This document shows positions 1-9,570 of a stretch of 64,000 nucleotides of DNA, piece after piece; position 1 is the first letter of the stretch, and every line of letters begins with the position of its first letter. A program made the position numbers and the translations under genes. Source of the DNA: a candidate division FCPU426 bacterium (GTDB lineage Bacteria > Oederibacteriota > Muellerivitia > Muellerivitales > Muellerivitaceae); assembly GCA_963796105.1 (NCBI GenBank), contig CAWCKJ010000014.1, positions 39,369-103,368 of the forward strand. Direction: 5' to 3'. The notes beneath the pieces are model-generated. The model searched no databases, was not told the DNA's origin, and saw nothing but the letters and a program-made list of their open reading frames with translations.

Positions 1-336
1 GGCGTTACAAACATAAAAGCGCGAGAATTAGAATTTATTGCAAAAGAAATATTGGACGGCATTGGTGAAAGGAAAATAACTCCTAAGGATTTTATTGTTA
101 CGGTTGCCACATCTGGGGATATTGGTTTTATTGAAGGGGATCAGTTTGAATTTAGTAGTAGAACCTTTCTTGAATTTTTGGCCGGTTGTGAATTAAAAAA
201 CCAGAATTGGGAAAAAGATTTTATCCTTGAGTATTTAACAGACCCAGATTGGGAAGATGCAATAATTTTTGGTGCTGGTGGAAAAAGACGTGATGATTCT
301 GACCTTCCCCCAATATTTGATCCAAATTTAAGTTAG
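1..336 (+). pseudogene. Hypothetical protein, runs in from the window edge; 3' end replaced by the IS3 element from position 300
   Basis: Frame 1 is open from base 1. The last ~12 codons lie inside the IS terminal repeat. Confidence 0.55.
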
Positions 337-1163
337 TTGAGGCCCAACTTTTCCTTCCTTGCTTCCATCGGAGTCTTTCCGTCTAGACTGCTGTGCGGCC
401 TTTCCCAGTTATATACCTGTCTCCACCAATCTACGACCACCTGCGCCTCCGCTTTCGACAGAAAAATCTCCTGGTTTAAGCACTCATCCCTTAACTTGCC
501 GTTGAAACTTTCAATGAATCCGTTCTGCCAAGGACTGCCTGGCTCGATATATAACACCTGTACTCCTTTTTCTACAAGCCAGTTCCTCAATTCGTTTGCG
601 ATGAACTCTGGTCCATTGTCCATTCGCATGAACTTCGGCGCCCCGTATTCCACCATCAGCTCGTCCAATGTTTCTAGCACGTCCCGGCTTCCCATCCGCT
701 TCTCCGCCCGGATCTCCAGGCACTCCCGGCATCCCTCGTCCAACACCGTCAGAAACTTGATCTTCCCCCCAAACCACGTTAAGTCATGCACGAAATCCAT
801 AGTCCACACCTCATTGGAACCCAATGCCGGGTGGGGTCTTCTCCATTCCGCAGGAACCCGCTTTTTCCTAGGCCGCCTTCGTGGTAATTGAAGCCCTTGC
901 GCGTTATACAACCTTTCTACCCGTTTATGGTTCACCTCGAATCCTTGTCTCTCCAACATCCAGACCATTCGTGGACTTCCAAACCGTCTGTGTCTTTCGG
1001 CCAGCTTGGCCATTTCCTCCCGGATTACCTGGTTCAAAGGGTCTTCCGGTCGCGCCACATATCGAAAGCTGGACCGGCTTACCCCAAGCACTTGGCAAGC
1101 CCGTCTTTCAGGAATCTCCTTGGCTTTAAGGGCCTCCACCATCCCTTTTTGTTCCTCGGTCAA
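333..1163 (-). CDS. IS3 transposase OrfB (DDE/rve)
   Basis: [44 protein letters not shown] motifs. Confidence 0.95.
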   Translation of the reverse strand: MTEEQKGMVEALKAKEIPERRACQVLGVSRSSFRYVARPEDPLNQVIREEMAKLAERHRRFGSPRMVWMLERQGFEVNHKRVERLYNAQGLQLPRRRPRKKRVPAEWRRPHPALGSNEVWTMDFVHDLTWFGGKIKFLTVLDEGCRECLEIRAEKRMGSRDVLETLDELMVEYGAPKFMRMDNGPEFIANELRNWLVEKGVQVLYIEPGSPWQNGFIESFNGKLRDECLNQEIFLSKAEAQVVVDWWRQVYNWERPHSSLDGKTPMEARKEKLGLN

Positions 1164-1429
1164 TATCCCTTTTTTTTAATGTGTTCCTGAAGCACCTGGA
1201 TGGCCAGGGCTTGATCACCGGCCAATTGCTTTAGTTTCCGGTTCTCTTCTTCGAGTTGTTTGATTCGATGGACCTCGGAAACGCCAAGGCTTCCGTACAT
1301 ACGTTTCCAACGGTAGTAAGTTTGCTCTGCAATACCGTGTTTTCGGAGAACTTCCTCAACGGCGGGAGCTTTCTCCGCCTCGCGGAGAATAGCCACTATC
1401 TGCTCGGATAAAAACCGTTTCTTTGCCAA
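1160..1429 (-). CDS. IS3 transposase OrfA (HTH)
   Basis: [14 protein letters not shown]...[10 protein letters not shown]...[16 protein letters not shown] slippery site (ATTAAAAAAAAGGG on minus, ~1167-1180) at the overlap. Confidence 0.93.
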   Translation of the reverse strand: MAKKRFLSEQIVAILREAEKAPAVEEVLRKHGIAEQTYYRWKRMYGSLGVSEVHRIKQLEEENRKLKQLAGDQALAIQVLQEHIKKKGY

Positions 1430-1494
1430 TTTTCCCTCCCGATCTGAATTCCAAAACTAACATATTTTTGGTTCAGTTTTCGGGGGAAAGGTCA

Positions 1495-2604
1495 GGCGCA
1501 CCCGTACACCTGATGAAGGAACTCATCGAGAAGAACGGCGTTTACGTCCTCTCGTCTAACTACACCCTTTACGGCGACATGGCCGCCCGGGTCCAGGAGG
1601 TACTACGCCAATTCACCCCTGAAATGGAGATTTACTCCATCGACGAGTGTTTTTTAAACCTTACTGCCAATCAAACAAACGAACTAACGGACAATGGCCG
1701 TGAAATCAAGGAAACGGTCGAGCGTTGGACGGGTATCCCCGTCACCGTGGGGATTGCCCCGACGAAATCACTGGCCAAGATTGCCAACAAGATCGCCAAA
1801 AAGTCCCCCAAGGCCGCGGGGGTCCTTAACCTGGTCAACAGCCCCTACGTGGACCAGGCCTTGGCCAGGGTGGACGTGGGCGACGTTTGGGGCGTAGGCG
1901 AGGCTTACGAAAAGCTCCTCAAAGAAAGTGGGATACAGTCGGCCCTCGACCTGAAACACGCTCCGGAACATTGGGTCCGGACGCACATGACGGTCGTTGG
2001 CCACCGGATCGTGAGGGAATTGAACGGGGAACCTTGTATTCCCCTAGAGCTTATTCCACCCCCTAAGAAGATGATCGGAACTTCCAAGGGTTTTGGGATC
2101 CTCATCGAGGATCTCCAAAGCCTACAGGAAGCCGTGGCCACCTATACGGCCCGGGCGGCCGAGAAGGCCCGCGCCCAGGGCCAGGCCGTGAAATCCCTTA
2201 CCGTTTGGGTGGCCACCAACCCTTTTAACCACGACCCCCAATATTCAAACGCCGTGTCGGTTGAGCTTCCCGTGGCCACGGACCACACCCCCACCCTGAC
2301 CAGACTTGCCGGCAGGGCGGTCGAGAAACTTTACCGGAAAGGCTACCGTTACAAGCGGGTCGGTGTTTTGTTCCCTAAGCTGGTCCCGGTGGACCAGGTA
2401 CAGCAGAACCTCTTTTGGAGCGAACCTTTGGCAGCTCAGAAAGCCCTTATGCGGGTCGTGGACCAGGTCAACGGCGATATGGGAGCCGGAACCCTCCGCC
2501 TTGCGGCCGAGGGCATCGGCCAGCGTTGGCAAACCAGATTTGAGCGAAAATCACCGTGTTATACTACGCGCTGGTCTGATATGCCCGTTGCGCGGGCGGT
2601 TTGA
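1495..2604 (+). pseudogene. umuC: Y-family DNA polymerase (UmuC-like), N-terminus removed at the IS3 end
   Basis: SSNYTLYGDM, YSIDECFL, GIAPTKSLAKIAN and C-terminal SPCYTTRW present. The N-terminal catalytic motif I region is absent. Confidence 0.85.
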
Positions 2605-2625
2605 TAATTGCAAAAGGATTAGTGA

Positions 2626-2928
2626 ATGTCCAAAAAATACTTCGAAATACAAAAACAGGCTGATAAATTCTGTTTATTTGTGGGTATTACCCCCGATAAA
2701 GTTGATCGGGCTAAATCGTTAATGGTGGAATTCTTTTACGAGGAAGGCACCTGCAACACCCATAAAAAGACACCCGAACTCATTCGCGTTGAGTACGAAC
2801 CATTACAGAAAGACACAATAAAGTTGAGGTATGTTTGCTGTTGCGAGGAATACAAAACCAAATTGCAACATTTGGTTTATCCTTTTCTTAAGAAAGACCC
2901 CGAACTTTCAAATTCTTTACACACTTAA
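2626..2928 (+). CDS. Hypothetical protein
   Basis: ATG with AAGGA RBS, 100 aa. Confidence 0.6.
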   Translation: MSKKYFEIQKQADKFCLFVGITPDKVDRAKSLMVEFFYEEGTCNTHKKTPELIRVEYEPLQKDTIKLRYVCCCEEYKTKLQHLVYPFLKKDPELSNSLHT

Positions 2929-3215
2929 TCATTATTTTTTGAGGTTTTAATGCCTGATTTTAAACCCGGCGATCCAGTACGCCACATCATTTCCCTAGAT
3001 TCTTTACCAGGGTTTCCTTAAATAACCGTTTAAGGCCTTGAATCAAGTCCTCCAACCGGAAAGTCGGGCAGGAAATGAGTTTTACTTGGTATAAGGTCTA
3101 TTTCATCAGTCTTGTGAAAATAATTTATTTAAACTTGTATTTAATCATTATTTGATGTTAAAAGAGTCAAACCTTCCAGTTCTTACCTGGGGGCTATCAT
3201 CGAAGGAGTCATGTC

Positions 3216-3530
3216 ATGCCCTATGTCATTACAGAGAAGTGTCTAGGTGAGGTTTACGCGCAATGCGTGGATGTTTGTCCGGTGAACTGCATTCATCCCG
3301 GCCAGTACAAGGGGCAGCCGTTCATGGTTATCGACCCGGAGGAATGCACCGAGTGCACCAGCTGCTACTCCGCTTGCCCAATTGGCGCTATCGTGGAAAG
3401 CGTGGATGCGGACCCGGAATACGGTAAGATCAATGCGGAACTAGCTCCCGCCTTCAAGAAAAACCCACCGGTTCAGGCACGTCCGGCGAATGACCCACCT
3501 AAACGGCCTGAAAACAAAATAGTCAATTAA
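3216..3530 (+). CDS. Dicluster (7Fe-type) ferredoxin
   Basis: MPYVITEKC...CVDVCPVNCI...IDPEECTECTSCYSACP; AAGGAG RBS. Confidence 0.92.
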   Translation: MPYVITEKCLGEVYAQCVDVCPVNCIHPGQYKGQPFMVIDPEECTECTSCYSACPIGAIVESVDADPEYGKINAELAPAFKKNPPVQARPANDPPKRPENKIVN

Positions 3531-3536
3531 GGTTCA

Positions 3537-3869
3537 ATGGCCGAGCCAAAGAAAAAAGCCAAAATCATCTTTTCCAAGACGGGGCAATCCTGCGAAGTTG
3601 ACTTCGACGACACCCTAGTGGACGCCACCTTCCGTTATGAACTGCCCATCCGGTTTAAGTGCGAAAGGGCGGTCTGTACTACCTGCCTGACCGAAGTGTC
3701 GGAAGGGATGGAAAACCTGTCCGAACCCAATGAGAGGGAAAAACATACCTTGGCTTCCATCAAAGCCAAACCTTCTTGGCGGCTGGCCTGCCAAGTTTCC
3801 GTTATGGGTGACGTGAAGCTGGATTACATCCCCATTAACGACCCACGCCGCCATCCAGGGGCCCCATGA
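3537..3869 (+). CDS. 2Fe-2S ferredoxin
   Basis: CERAVCTTC...RLACQ. Confidence 0.9.
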   Translation: MAEPKKKAKIIFSKTGQSCEVDFDDTLVDATFRYELPIRFKCERAVCTTCLTEVSEGMENLSEPNEREKHTLASIKAKPSWRLACQVSVMGDVKLDYIPINDPRRHPGAP

Positions 3870-4063
3870 CCACCTCGAAGAAGTTCGTTCCTAAGATCAA
3901 AATCTTAACTATTTATCAATATGATGCCGCAAGCGAAGCTACCGAATTGATGTGGCGTTGCGGCAAATGCGGCGAACTGATCCACCGCAAGGAAGGCCTG
4001 CCCCAAAAGTGCCCTTCATGTGGGGCGCCCCAAGGCGAATTCTCCCTGGTTGAAGAGGACTGA
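3866..4063 (+). CDS. Rubredoxin-like/zinc-ribbon protein
   Basis: WRCGKCG...PQKCPSCGAP..F; ATGA overlap with the upstream gene. Confidence 0.8.
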   Translation: MTTSKKFVPKIKILTIYQYDAASEATELMWRCGKCGELIHRKEGLPQKCPSCGAPQGEFSLVEED

Positions 4064-4220
4064 AAAACAAATTCAGTCTCTGAGGCTTACTAATTCACTA
4101 ACTGAAATAAAAGCGCTTTTTCCCAAAGCTTTTTCAAGGCCATATTTTTCGTTTACCTAATATAATTACCCATAGTATTCCAAATCGATCACTGAGAACG
4201 ATTCCAAGGATTTTTCTAGC

Positions 4221-4565
4221 ATGGAAAATCTTCAAGAAAAACGTCGTCACCAACGCTTTGTGTTCCAAAAACCGGTTCAAATTAACCCCGTCCTTTCTTC
4301 CAAATCAGGCTATATCTACGAAGTCCAAGACCTGATCATTCCGTCCATCAGTCATAACATCAGCGAAGGTGGCTTGAAGCTGGAAACTCCAAAACGTTTG
4401 GATGCCGACGCCATCCTTAAACTGGGATTCGAGTTGGAAAAAGGTGGTAACGTCGAAGTTTACGCGAAAATTATTTGGGTTCAAAAAAACCATTGCGGGG
4501 TGCAATTTTTGGCGCCTATTACGTTGATTCAAAAGGTTGTCCGTAACTTCTCACGTAAAACCTAA
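4221..4565 (+). CDS. PilZ-domain protein
   Basis: EKRRHQR and NISEGG motifs, C-terminal GVQF. Confidence 0.85.
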   Translation: MENLQEKRRHQRFVFQKPVQINPVLSSKSGYIYEVQDLIIPSISHNISEGGLKLETPKRLDADAILKLGFELEKGGNVEVYAKIIWVQKNHCGVQFLAPITLIQKVVRNFSRKT

Positions 4566-4631
4566 GGACCATGAAAATAGCCGTATAACCAAAACCTTGA
4601 CGAAACGTCGTTTTGGATTTAAGGAGGAAAC

Positions 4632-4895
4632 TTGTTAACGTTTGAACGCATGTCCAAAAACGATATAAAAACCCCCGTGGATTGGTCGTCATGGAACGAA
4701 AGGATAATCGCGAGTTTATTGCGGTCTTGGCAAGCTGATAAACAAATTCACACTGTTTATGTTATCGAAAATGAACGAATGATACTTGTTTTGCAAACAT
4801 TTTGGATGGGATACCAGTGTTCAGAAAAAGAGTGGAAGGATTTCGTTACAAACTTCGGGCCCTTTACTGCGCGTCCGCAAGTCCCCCTATCTTAA
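4632..4895 (+). CDS. Hypothetical protein
   Basis: AAGGAGG RBS before TTG. Confidence 0.5.
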   Translation: MLTFERMSKNDIKTPVDWSSWNERIIASLLRSWQADKQIHTVYVIENERMILVLQTFWMGYQCSEKEWKDFVTNFGPFTARPQVPLS

Positions 4896-5110
4896 ACTCC
4901 TTTAAAGAAAGCGGAAATTGGAGTATTCAACGTTTTTGAAAGTTTGCAAAGGGTGGCAAATGAGGGTGCCTTGCGGCCTTGTTCAAGGCTGCTGATCATT
5001 ATCGCGGACAATTCAGTTTTTTCGGCCAATTGCTCCTGGGAAAGCTTTCGGCTTTCGCGGACTTGTTTCAGGTTGGCCCCGAATTTCTTGAGAAGATAGT
5101 CTGGATTCAC
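4892..5110 (-). CDS. XRE-family HTH regulator
   Basis: FGANLKQVR...LSQEQLAEK...ISSLEQG..PS. Confidence 0.9.
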   Translation of the reverse strand: MNPDYLLKKFGANLKQVRESRKLSQEQLAEKTELSAIMISSLEQGRKAPSFATLCKLSKTLNTPISAFFKGV

Positions 5111-5180
5111 CTAGACAAAATAATTCAGTTCCTTTAGGATGACATCATACCATAAGTATTAGTTATATAATGGTGAATGA

Positions 5181-5423
5181 ATGCACCCAAATAAAGGAAT
5201 TCTCCACATCTATTTATCCTCACCCAAACGGGAAGGGGCCTATATCGTAGGGGACGAGGAAGGGCTTTTTGACCTTTGGCTTGCGATTGGGGAAACCATC
5301 ATATCCGGCAAAGGGCAGGGAAGCGCCGACGTCCAGACCGGCCAGGGCGCACAGTACCCCATCCACATCCTAATGGTTGACCGGGAATCCCATTTCCTCA
5401 AGGAATTCATCCCCGTTCATTAA
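5181..5423 (+). CDS. Hypothetical protein
   Basis: 80-aa ORF divergent from the XRE gene; TATAAT just upstream. Confidence 0.55.
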   Translation: MHPNKGILHIYLSSPKREGAYIVGDEEGLFDLWLAIGETIISGKGQGSADVQTGQGAQYPIHILMVDRESHFLKEFIPVH

Positions 5424-5549
5424 ATCTCATAATTTTCCGACAAATATGCGATTCGATTAATCGCTTAACACTAATTCATACGACCAATAAAGAACTATTT
5501 TTTAAAAGCGGTATGCTTTTATTAGGATCTTTTCGCATGGTGGTGCGCC

Positions 5550-5792
5550 ATGGAACGTAAAGAACTGAGAAAATGCTATATCCTTCAAAAAGACGTCTAC
5601 CTGATCCATGAAATTAATATGGACTTGCGTGATAACCTGATAATTAAAAGCAGGGGAGCCAGAAGATGCAGCGAAGCTTTTAGTTGCGACAAACAAAAAA
5701 TGAAATGCAAGTGGGTCTCAATGGAATATAACTTTGACGGTATGAACCCTAAAAACTTACCTCCTGCAGAAGAAAACCCTCTCAATAATTAA
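5550..5792 (+). CDS. Hypothetical Cys-containing protein
   Basis: 80-aa ORF. Confidence 0.5.
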   Translation: MERKELRKCYILQKDVYLIHEINMDLRDNLIIKSRGARRCSEAFSCDKQKMKCKWVSMEYNFDGMNPKNLPPAEENPLNN

Positions 5793-5799
5793 TCCTCGC

Positions 5800-6363
5800 T
5801 CAAGCATTTCCTCTATTGTCGTCAGTATCCACCGGGAATATTTTAGAAGCGTGCTGTAGTAACACCATATCCAGGTCGATCACTTTATCGGCGAAACGGA
5901 TCAATTCCCGGGGTTGAACATCAGGGAATAGGGCTATTTCAACATGCTTTCCGGTTTGTTTAACCAATTCCATTACAGGGGAATAGTCGTCATCCTCGGT
6001 CACAAGGATGGCGGTGTCATATAAATTACGTGCCGCGTAAAAAACCATTTCGGAGGACAGCAAGACTTCTACACCCTTTTCATGGTAACTACTTTTATCG
6101 TGGTTATGCACCATTCGACCCAAACGAACTTCTAGAAAAGGGGTCCGGTCGAGGGAATCCAGGAACGGGAGCTGGGCTTTGGCCTTATCAGGGAAGTTTT
6201 TCTGGTCGTAGGCCACGTTATAGTAATAAGCCCGCTGTAATTTCCGTTCCGGCCCGACCAGGGCGGAACTCAGTTGGTAGTAATCAACCCTTGTCGCAAG
6301 GTTGTTTCGCTTTAACCCAAAATAGAAATTATTCCCGTCGATAAACACGCAAACGCGTTCCAT
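5800..6363 (-). CDS. NYN/LabA-like (PIN-fold) protein
   Basis: VFIDGNNFY, EKGV, AILVTEDDDY, GKHVE motifs. Confidence 0.9.
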   Translation of the reverse strand: MERVCVFIDGNNFYFGLKRNNLATRVDYYQLSSALVGPERKLQRAYYYNVAYDQKNFPDKAKAQLPFLDSLDRTPFLEVRLGRMVHNHDKSSYHEKGVEVLLSSEMVFYAARNLYDTAILVTEDDDYSPVMELVKQTGKHVEIALFPDVQPRELIRFADKVIDLDMVLLQHASKIFPVDTDDNRGNA

Positions 6364-6527
6364 TTATATTTATTTCCTTCCTTCATATTGAAAGTGGTTA
6401 ATTATAAAAAAATAAAGTCTATTTACAATGTATTAGACGTTGGGTAATGCCCCAAAAAGGTCGTGTCTACAACCTACGCATGGATATAATTGCCTAGTTT
6501 TATCCTCATCTTTTCCGCGAGGTTTTA

Positions 6528-6716
6528 ATGCCAGTCTTTAAGCCAGGAGATCAAGTAACCCACACCATTACTCAGGAAGAGGGAGTAGTAAAAAGTTTGC
6601 ACATATTCCGAATTGGAACCAACACCGGAGAGAGCCTTTTGGTGAAGGTGGGGAAGTTAGATAAAGTCTGGCTTTCCGAAGAAACAACCATTTTGGATCA
6701 CTCGAATAGGCATTAG
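6528..6716 (+). CDS. Small SH3/KOW-like hypothetical protein
   Basis: FKPGDQVTH...GVV; GAGG RBS; paralogous fragments at ~2950 and ~7140. Confidence 0.6.
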   Translation: MPVFKPGDQVTHTITQEEGVVKSLHIFRIGTNTGESLLVKVGKLDKVWLSEETTILDHSNRH

Positions 6717-6775
6717 TCCTATATTGGGGGCTGTCATGGCCAGCCTTTTGACTAACGCACCATGTTTCGCCCACA

Positions 6776-6844
6776 TTGGAGCCTTTTATAATGGCTCCAA
6801 CACACTCAAGGCTTGCGCCTCAACTTGAGGTTTCGGCACAGAGG
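6776..6844. repeat. Two-hairpin module (A-type), divergent copy
   Basis: TTGGAGCC-loop-GGCTCCAA-CACACTCAA...GCGCC-TC-AAC-TTGAG-GTT-TC-GGCAC-AGAGG. Confidence 0.7.
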
Positions 6845-6943
6845 CTTGTGGGCGGGCGGCATGGTAAATCATCCACGTAAGGGGGTTTCTTTTGGGTGAT
6901 CGGGAGAGCTTTGGATATCCCGATACCCTCTTAAAAATAACTT

Positions 6944-7138
6944 ATGCCCGAAAAAATCGAAATTAACGATTGGGTCCAACACCAACGATTTAAGCTTATC
7001 GGCCAGGTAAGAAAGATCGTGCGCTCGGAAGAGGACAACAAAACCATCCTGAAAGTCTGGACCAGCGACCAGCTCCCCCTCCAAACCTGGGAAGAAGAGA
7101 ACGTGACCTTTATGAAGAAAGGCAACGGTAGGGAATAA
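6944..7138 (+). CDS. Small SH3-like hypothetical protein
   Basis: INDWVQH...GQVRKI pattern. Confidence 0.55.
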   Translation: MPEKIEINDWVQHQRFKLIGQVRKIVRSEEDNKTILKVWTSDQLPLQTWEEENVTFMKKGNGRE

Positions 7139-7302
7139 AGACAAAGTCTGGCTTTCCGACGAAACAGCCAATTTGGATCATTCAAATAGGCGTTAGTTCT
7201 ATTCCTGTACAGAAGCTTGAGGTCTCGACTCAGGGGTTAAGGATTGATATAATTTTTAGAAGCTGGTAGTCAGCTTGTAATCTGGAACCTAAAGAGGCGC
7301 TA

Positions 7303-7557
7303 ATGTTAGTGGAATATATCCAAGCCGCGCTTGAACGCGCACATTATGAGAAGATCAAGGACAAAGAACCCTTTTATGCTGAGATTCCGGCCCTTAAGGG
7401 AGTTTGGGCTACAGGTAAATCCCTTGAAGAATGTCGGCGTAATTTAACCGAAACGATCGAGGGATGGATAATCGTCCGCCTCCGTAAAGGCCTCGCAATT
7501 CCAAAGATCAAGGGCCTAACAATCAAGTCCGCTTCCCGCATTCCCATTCATGCCTAG
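7303..7557 (+). CDS. hicB: HicB-family antitoxin
   Basis: FYAEIPALKGVWATGKSLEECRRNL. Confidence 0.9.
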   Translation: MLVEYIQAALERAHYEKIKDKEPFYAEIPALKGVWATGKSLEECRRNLTETIEGWIIVRLRKGLAIPKIKGLTIKSASRIPIHA

Positions 7558-7771
7558 ACTCAAGCCGGTTTCTTGGCGCGAGTTGATCCAGAAACTAAAA
7601 ATTCTCGGTTTTGAGGGCCCCTATCAGGGCGGCAAACACCCCTATTTGGTGCGCGGGAACATGGTTCTAACCATTCCAAACATTCATCGTGGGGAAGTTT
7701 CTGTGGACCTTTTGTTGCGTCTTCTTCGGCAAGGCGGAATATCCCGGCAGGAATGGCTGGATTCCGAGTAA
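7550..7771 (+). CDS. hicA: HicA-family toxin
   Basis: ELIQKLKILGF...GGKH...TIPNIH...LLRQGGIS. Confidence 0.9.
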   Translation: MPRLKPVSWRELIQKLKILGFEGPYQGGKHPYLVRGNMVLTIPNIHRGEVSVDLLLRLLRQGGISRQEWLDSE

Positions 7772-8180
7772 ACCTGACCATAATGGGTTTTTAGATATAG
7801 CCAACCAACAAGAGTTCTCCTAATTTTTCCTTTTTGGAGTCTTTTTTTGCACTCCACAAACATCAAACCCATTTACTCTCCAGAAAAGCACCAGGCTGGT
7901 CTAAAGACCCTTGAGGCTCTCTGGGCCCGGGGGATCACCCCCGCTCAGGCCAAAATCCATTGGTTTTTCACTTGGTACACACTCCAAAACTGCAACCTAA
8001 TAAATGCTGCACATATCCTCAATATTCAACATAACACTTTGTTCTCCTATTACGACAGATCACTGGAATTAACTGCGCTTCTTCCTTTGCGTCGTCGCTG
8101 GCGTAATATCTTAAAGGTTAATTCCAATGAAACTTTTGAAAACCAGTTCCATCGGTTTTGGAAAAATATACGTTTTAAAT

Positions 8181-8714
8181 TCGACCATAGATACCCACGG
8201 GCAAGCCCGTGGTACTAAAATCAAAATTCAAGCTCCGCTTGACCTGAATCCTGGCGCTGCTGCCATTTCACATAGCGGATGATTTTTGCCTCGTCGATTC
8301 CCACCGTAGAGACAAAATAACCAGGTGACCAAACCAAATTTTCTTTCCAGTACACCTTCCCTATCCACGAAAACTTTTCCCTCAGATAGCCTGAGCTTTG
8401 ACTTTTCAACCGGCTTACCACCGCACTCACGGCGTATTTCGGGGGAATAATCATTACCGTATGTATGTGATCCGGTCGGATATTCTGTTCTATCACCTCG
8501 CATCCAGGCATCTCCGTCAATATCTTCGGGAAAACTTTCCTCAAGTATCCGGCCACGCCAGGATTCAGGATGCTCCGGCGATACTTCGGTATCCACACAA
8601 TGTGGTATTCCGTTCGGTATGCACTGTGTCCTGACAGGCGGGTTTTCATCCCCTTATTGTATCGCCTTCGCAGCCTTCACCCACGGGCAAGCCCGTGGAA
8701 CTCAAAATCGGCTA
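8181..8714 (-). mobile_element. IS200-group element (tnpA only)
   Basis: Identical subterminal hairpins CCACGGGCAAGCCCGTGG at ~8195 and ~8681 flank tnpA. No tnpB. Confidence 0.88.
8221..8649 (-). CDS. tnpA: IS200/IS605 Y1 HUH transposase
   Basis: YHIVWIPKYRR, DHIH (HUH), WSPGYFVSTVG, YVKWQ. Confidence 0.95.
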   Translation of the reverse strand: MKTRLSGHSAYRTEYHIVWIPKYRRSILNPGVAGYLRKVFPKILTEMPGCEVIEQNIRPDHIHTVMIIPPKYAVSAVVSRLKSQSSGYLREKFSWIGKVYWKENLVWSPGYFVSTVGIDEAKIIRYVKWQQRQDSGQAELEF

Positions 8715-9063
8715 TTAGCGCTATTGATAACGCCGCTCTAATCGGCCTTTGGCGAACCGGATTTCCGGCCAGGATGCTTCCACCTTGTTTTGTCCTTTGG
8801 GCTTTACGGAACGGTAAATCCCGTGATTACATCCTTAATAAATTTGAAATTACCCATAGGAACACCATCTATTATCACTTTTGGAATTGGCGTCTTAAAA
8901 AGTCCAAAACCTATTATTGGTTGAGTCCAATGAACCCCACTAGGAAAGATTGGGGCCTAAAAGGGAAGAAAGGCCGTAAACCCAATGTTAAAATCGCTTA
9001 AGACCCTTTTTAAAATAATCTGGTTATGGATTTTTGACATGAAACGAATGTGGAAGGTGGGGT

Positions 9064-9570
9064 ATGAGTGTTGTTACGGCCTTAAATGATGCGAAAGAGG
9101 TTTTCGCGGAATTTTTTACCGATATAAATAATATCGACTTAAAGAAAATCGCAAAAGCCTGGGGAGTTAAGATTTACTTTGAGTTTTTAGACGGGGATGT
9201 CGCAGGAATTTTATTCGTTTCTAATTTAAAAACGATGATTATGGTCAATGCCAGTGATCTAAAAGTAAGGCAAACATTCACCATCGCCCACGAGCTGGGT
9301 CATTACCATCTTCACAAACCATCCGGTGTCCATGTTGACACGGGTTTCGTCATGTCCAGGAATACCAAATCCAGGTTGGGTGAGGATATTCAAGAAATCG
9401 AGGCGACTCAATTTGCGGCTGAGTTATTAATGCCGGAAGAATTATTGAAAAAGGATGTAAAGGAATTTACAAATGCGTTAAATGATAACGATATTGATAA
9501 ACTTGCTAAAAGATACTCGGTCAGTGAGCAAGCTATGACCCATCGTTTGATTTCATTAAAGATGGTTTAA
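9064..9570 (+). CDS. ImmA/IrrE-family metallopeptidase
   Basis: FTIAHELGH; EIEATQFAAELLMP. Confidence 0.92.
   Translation: MSVVTALNDAKEVFAEFFTDINNIDLKKIAKAWGVKIYFEFLDGDVAGILFVSNLKTMIMVNASDLKVRQTFTIAHELGHYHLHKPSGVHVDTGFVMSRNTKSRLGEDIQEIEATQFAAELLMPEELLKKDVKEFTNALNDNDIDKLAKRYSVSEQAMTHRLISLKMV

Larger units (their letters stand above)
300..1494 (-). mobile_element. IS3-family insertion sequence (IS407-like)
   Basis: Imperfect TIRs: TGACCTTCCCCCAATATTTGATCCA at 300, and TGACCTTTCCCCCGAAAACTGAACCA on the minus strand starting at 1494. orfA and orfB overlap. No flanking target duplication. Confidence 0.92.
7847..9001 (+). pseudogene. Hypothetical (HTH-like) gene split by the IS200 element
   Basis: Removing 8181-8714 joins the 7847 and 8570 frames in frame (...RFKF-SAIDNAAL...). 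Confidence 0.6.

Noticed and set aside
1423..1494. N-terminal 24 aa of the 393-aa umuC ORF
   Set aside because: Derived from the IS3 left end, not native umuC.
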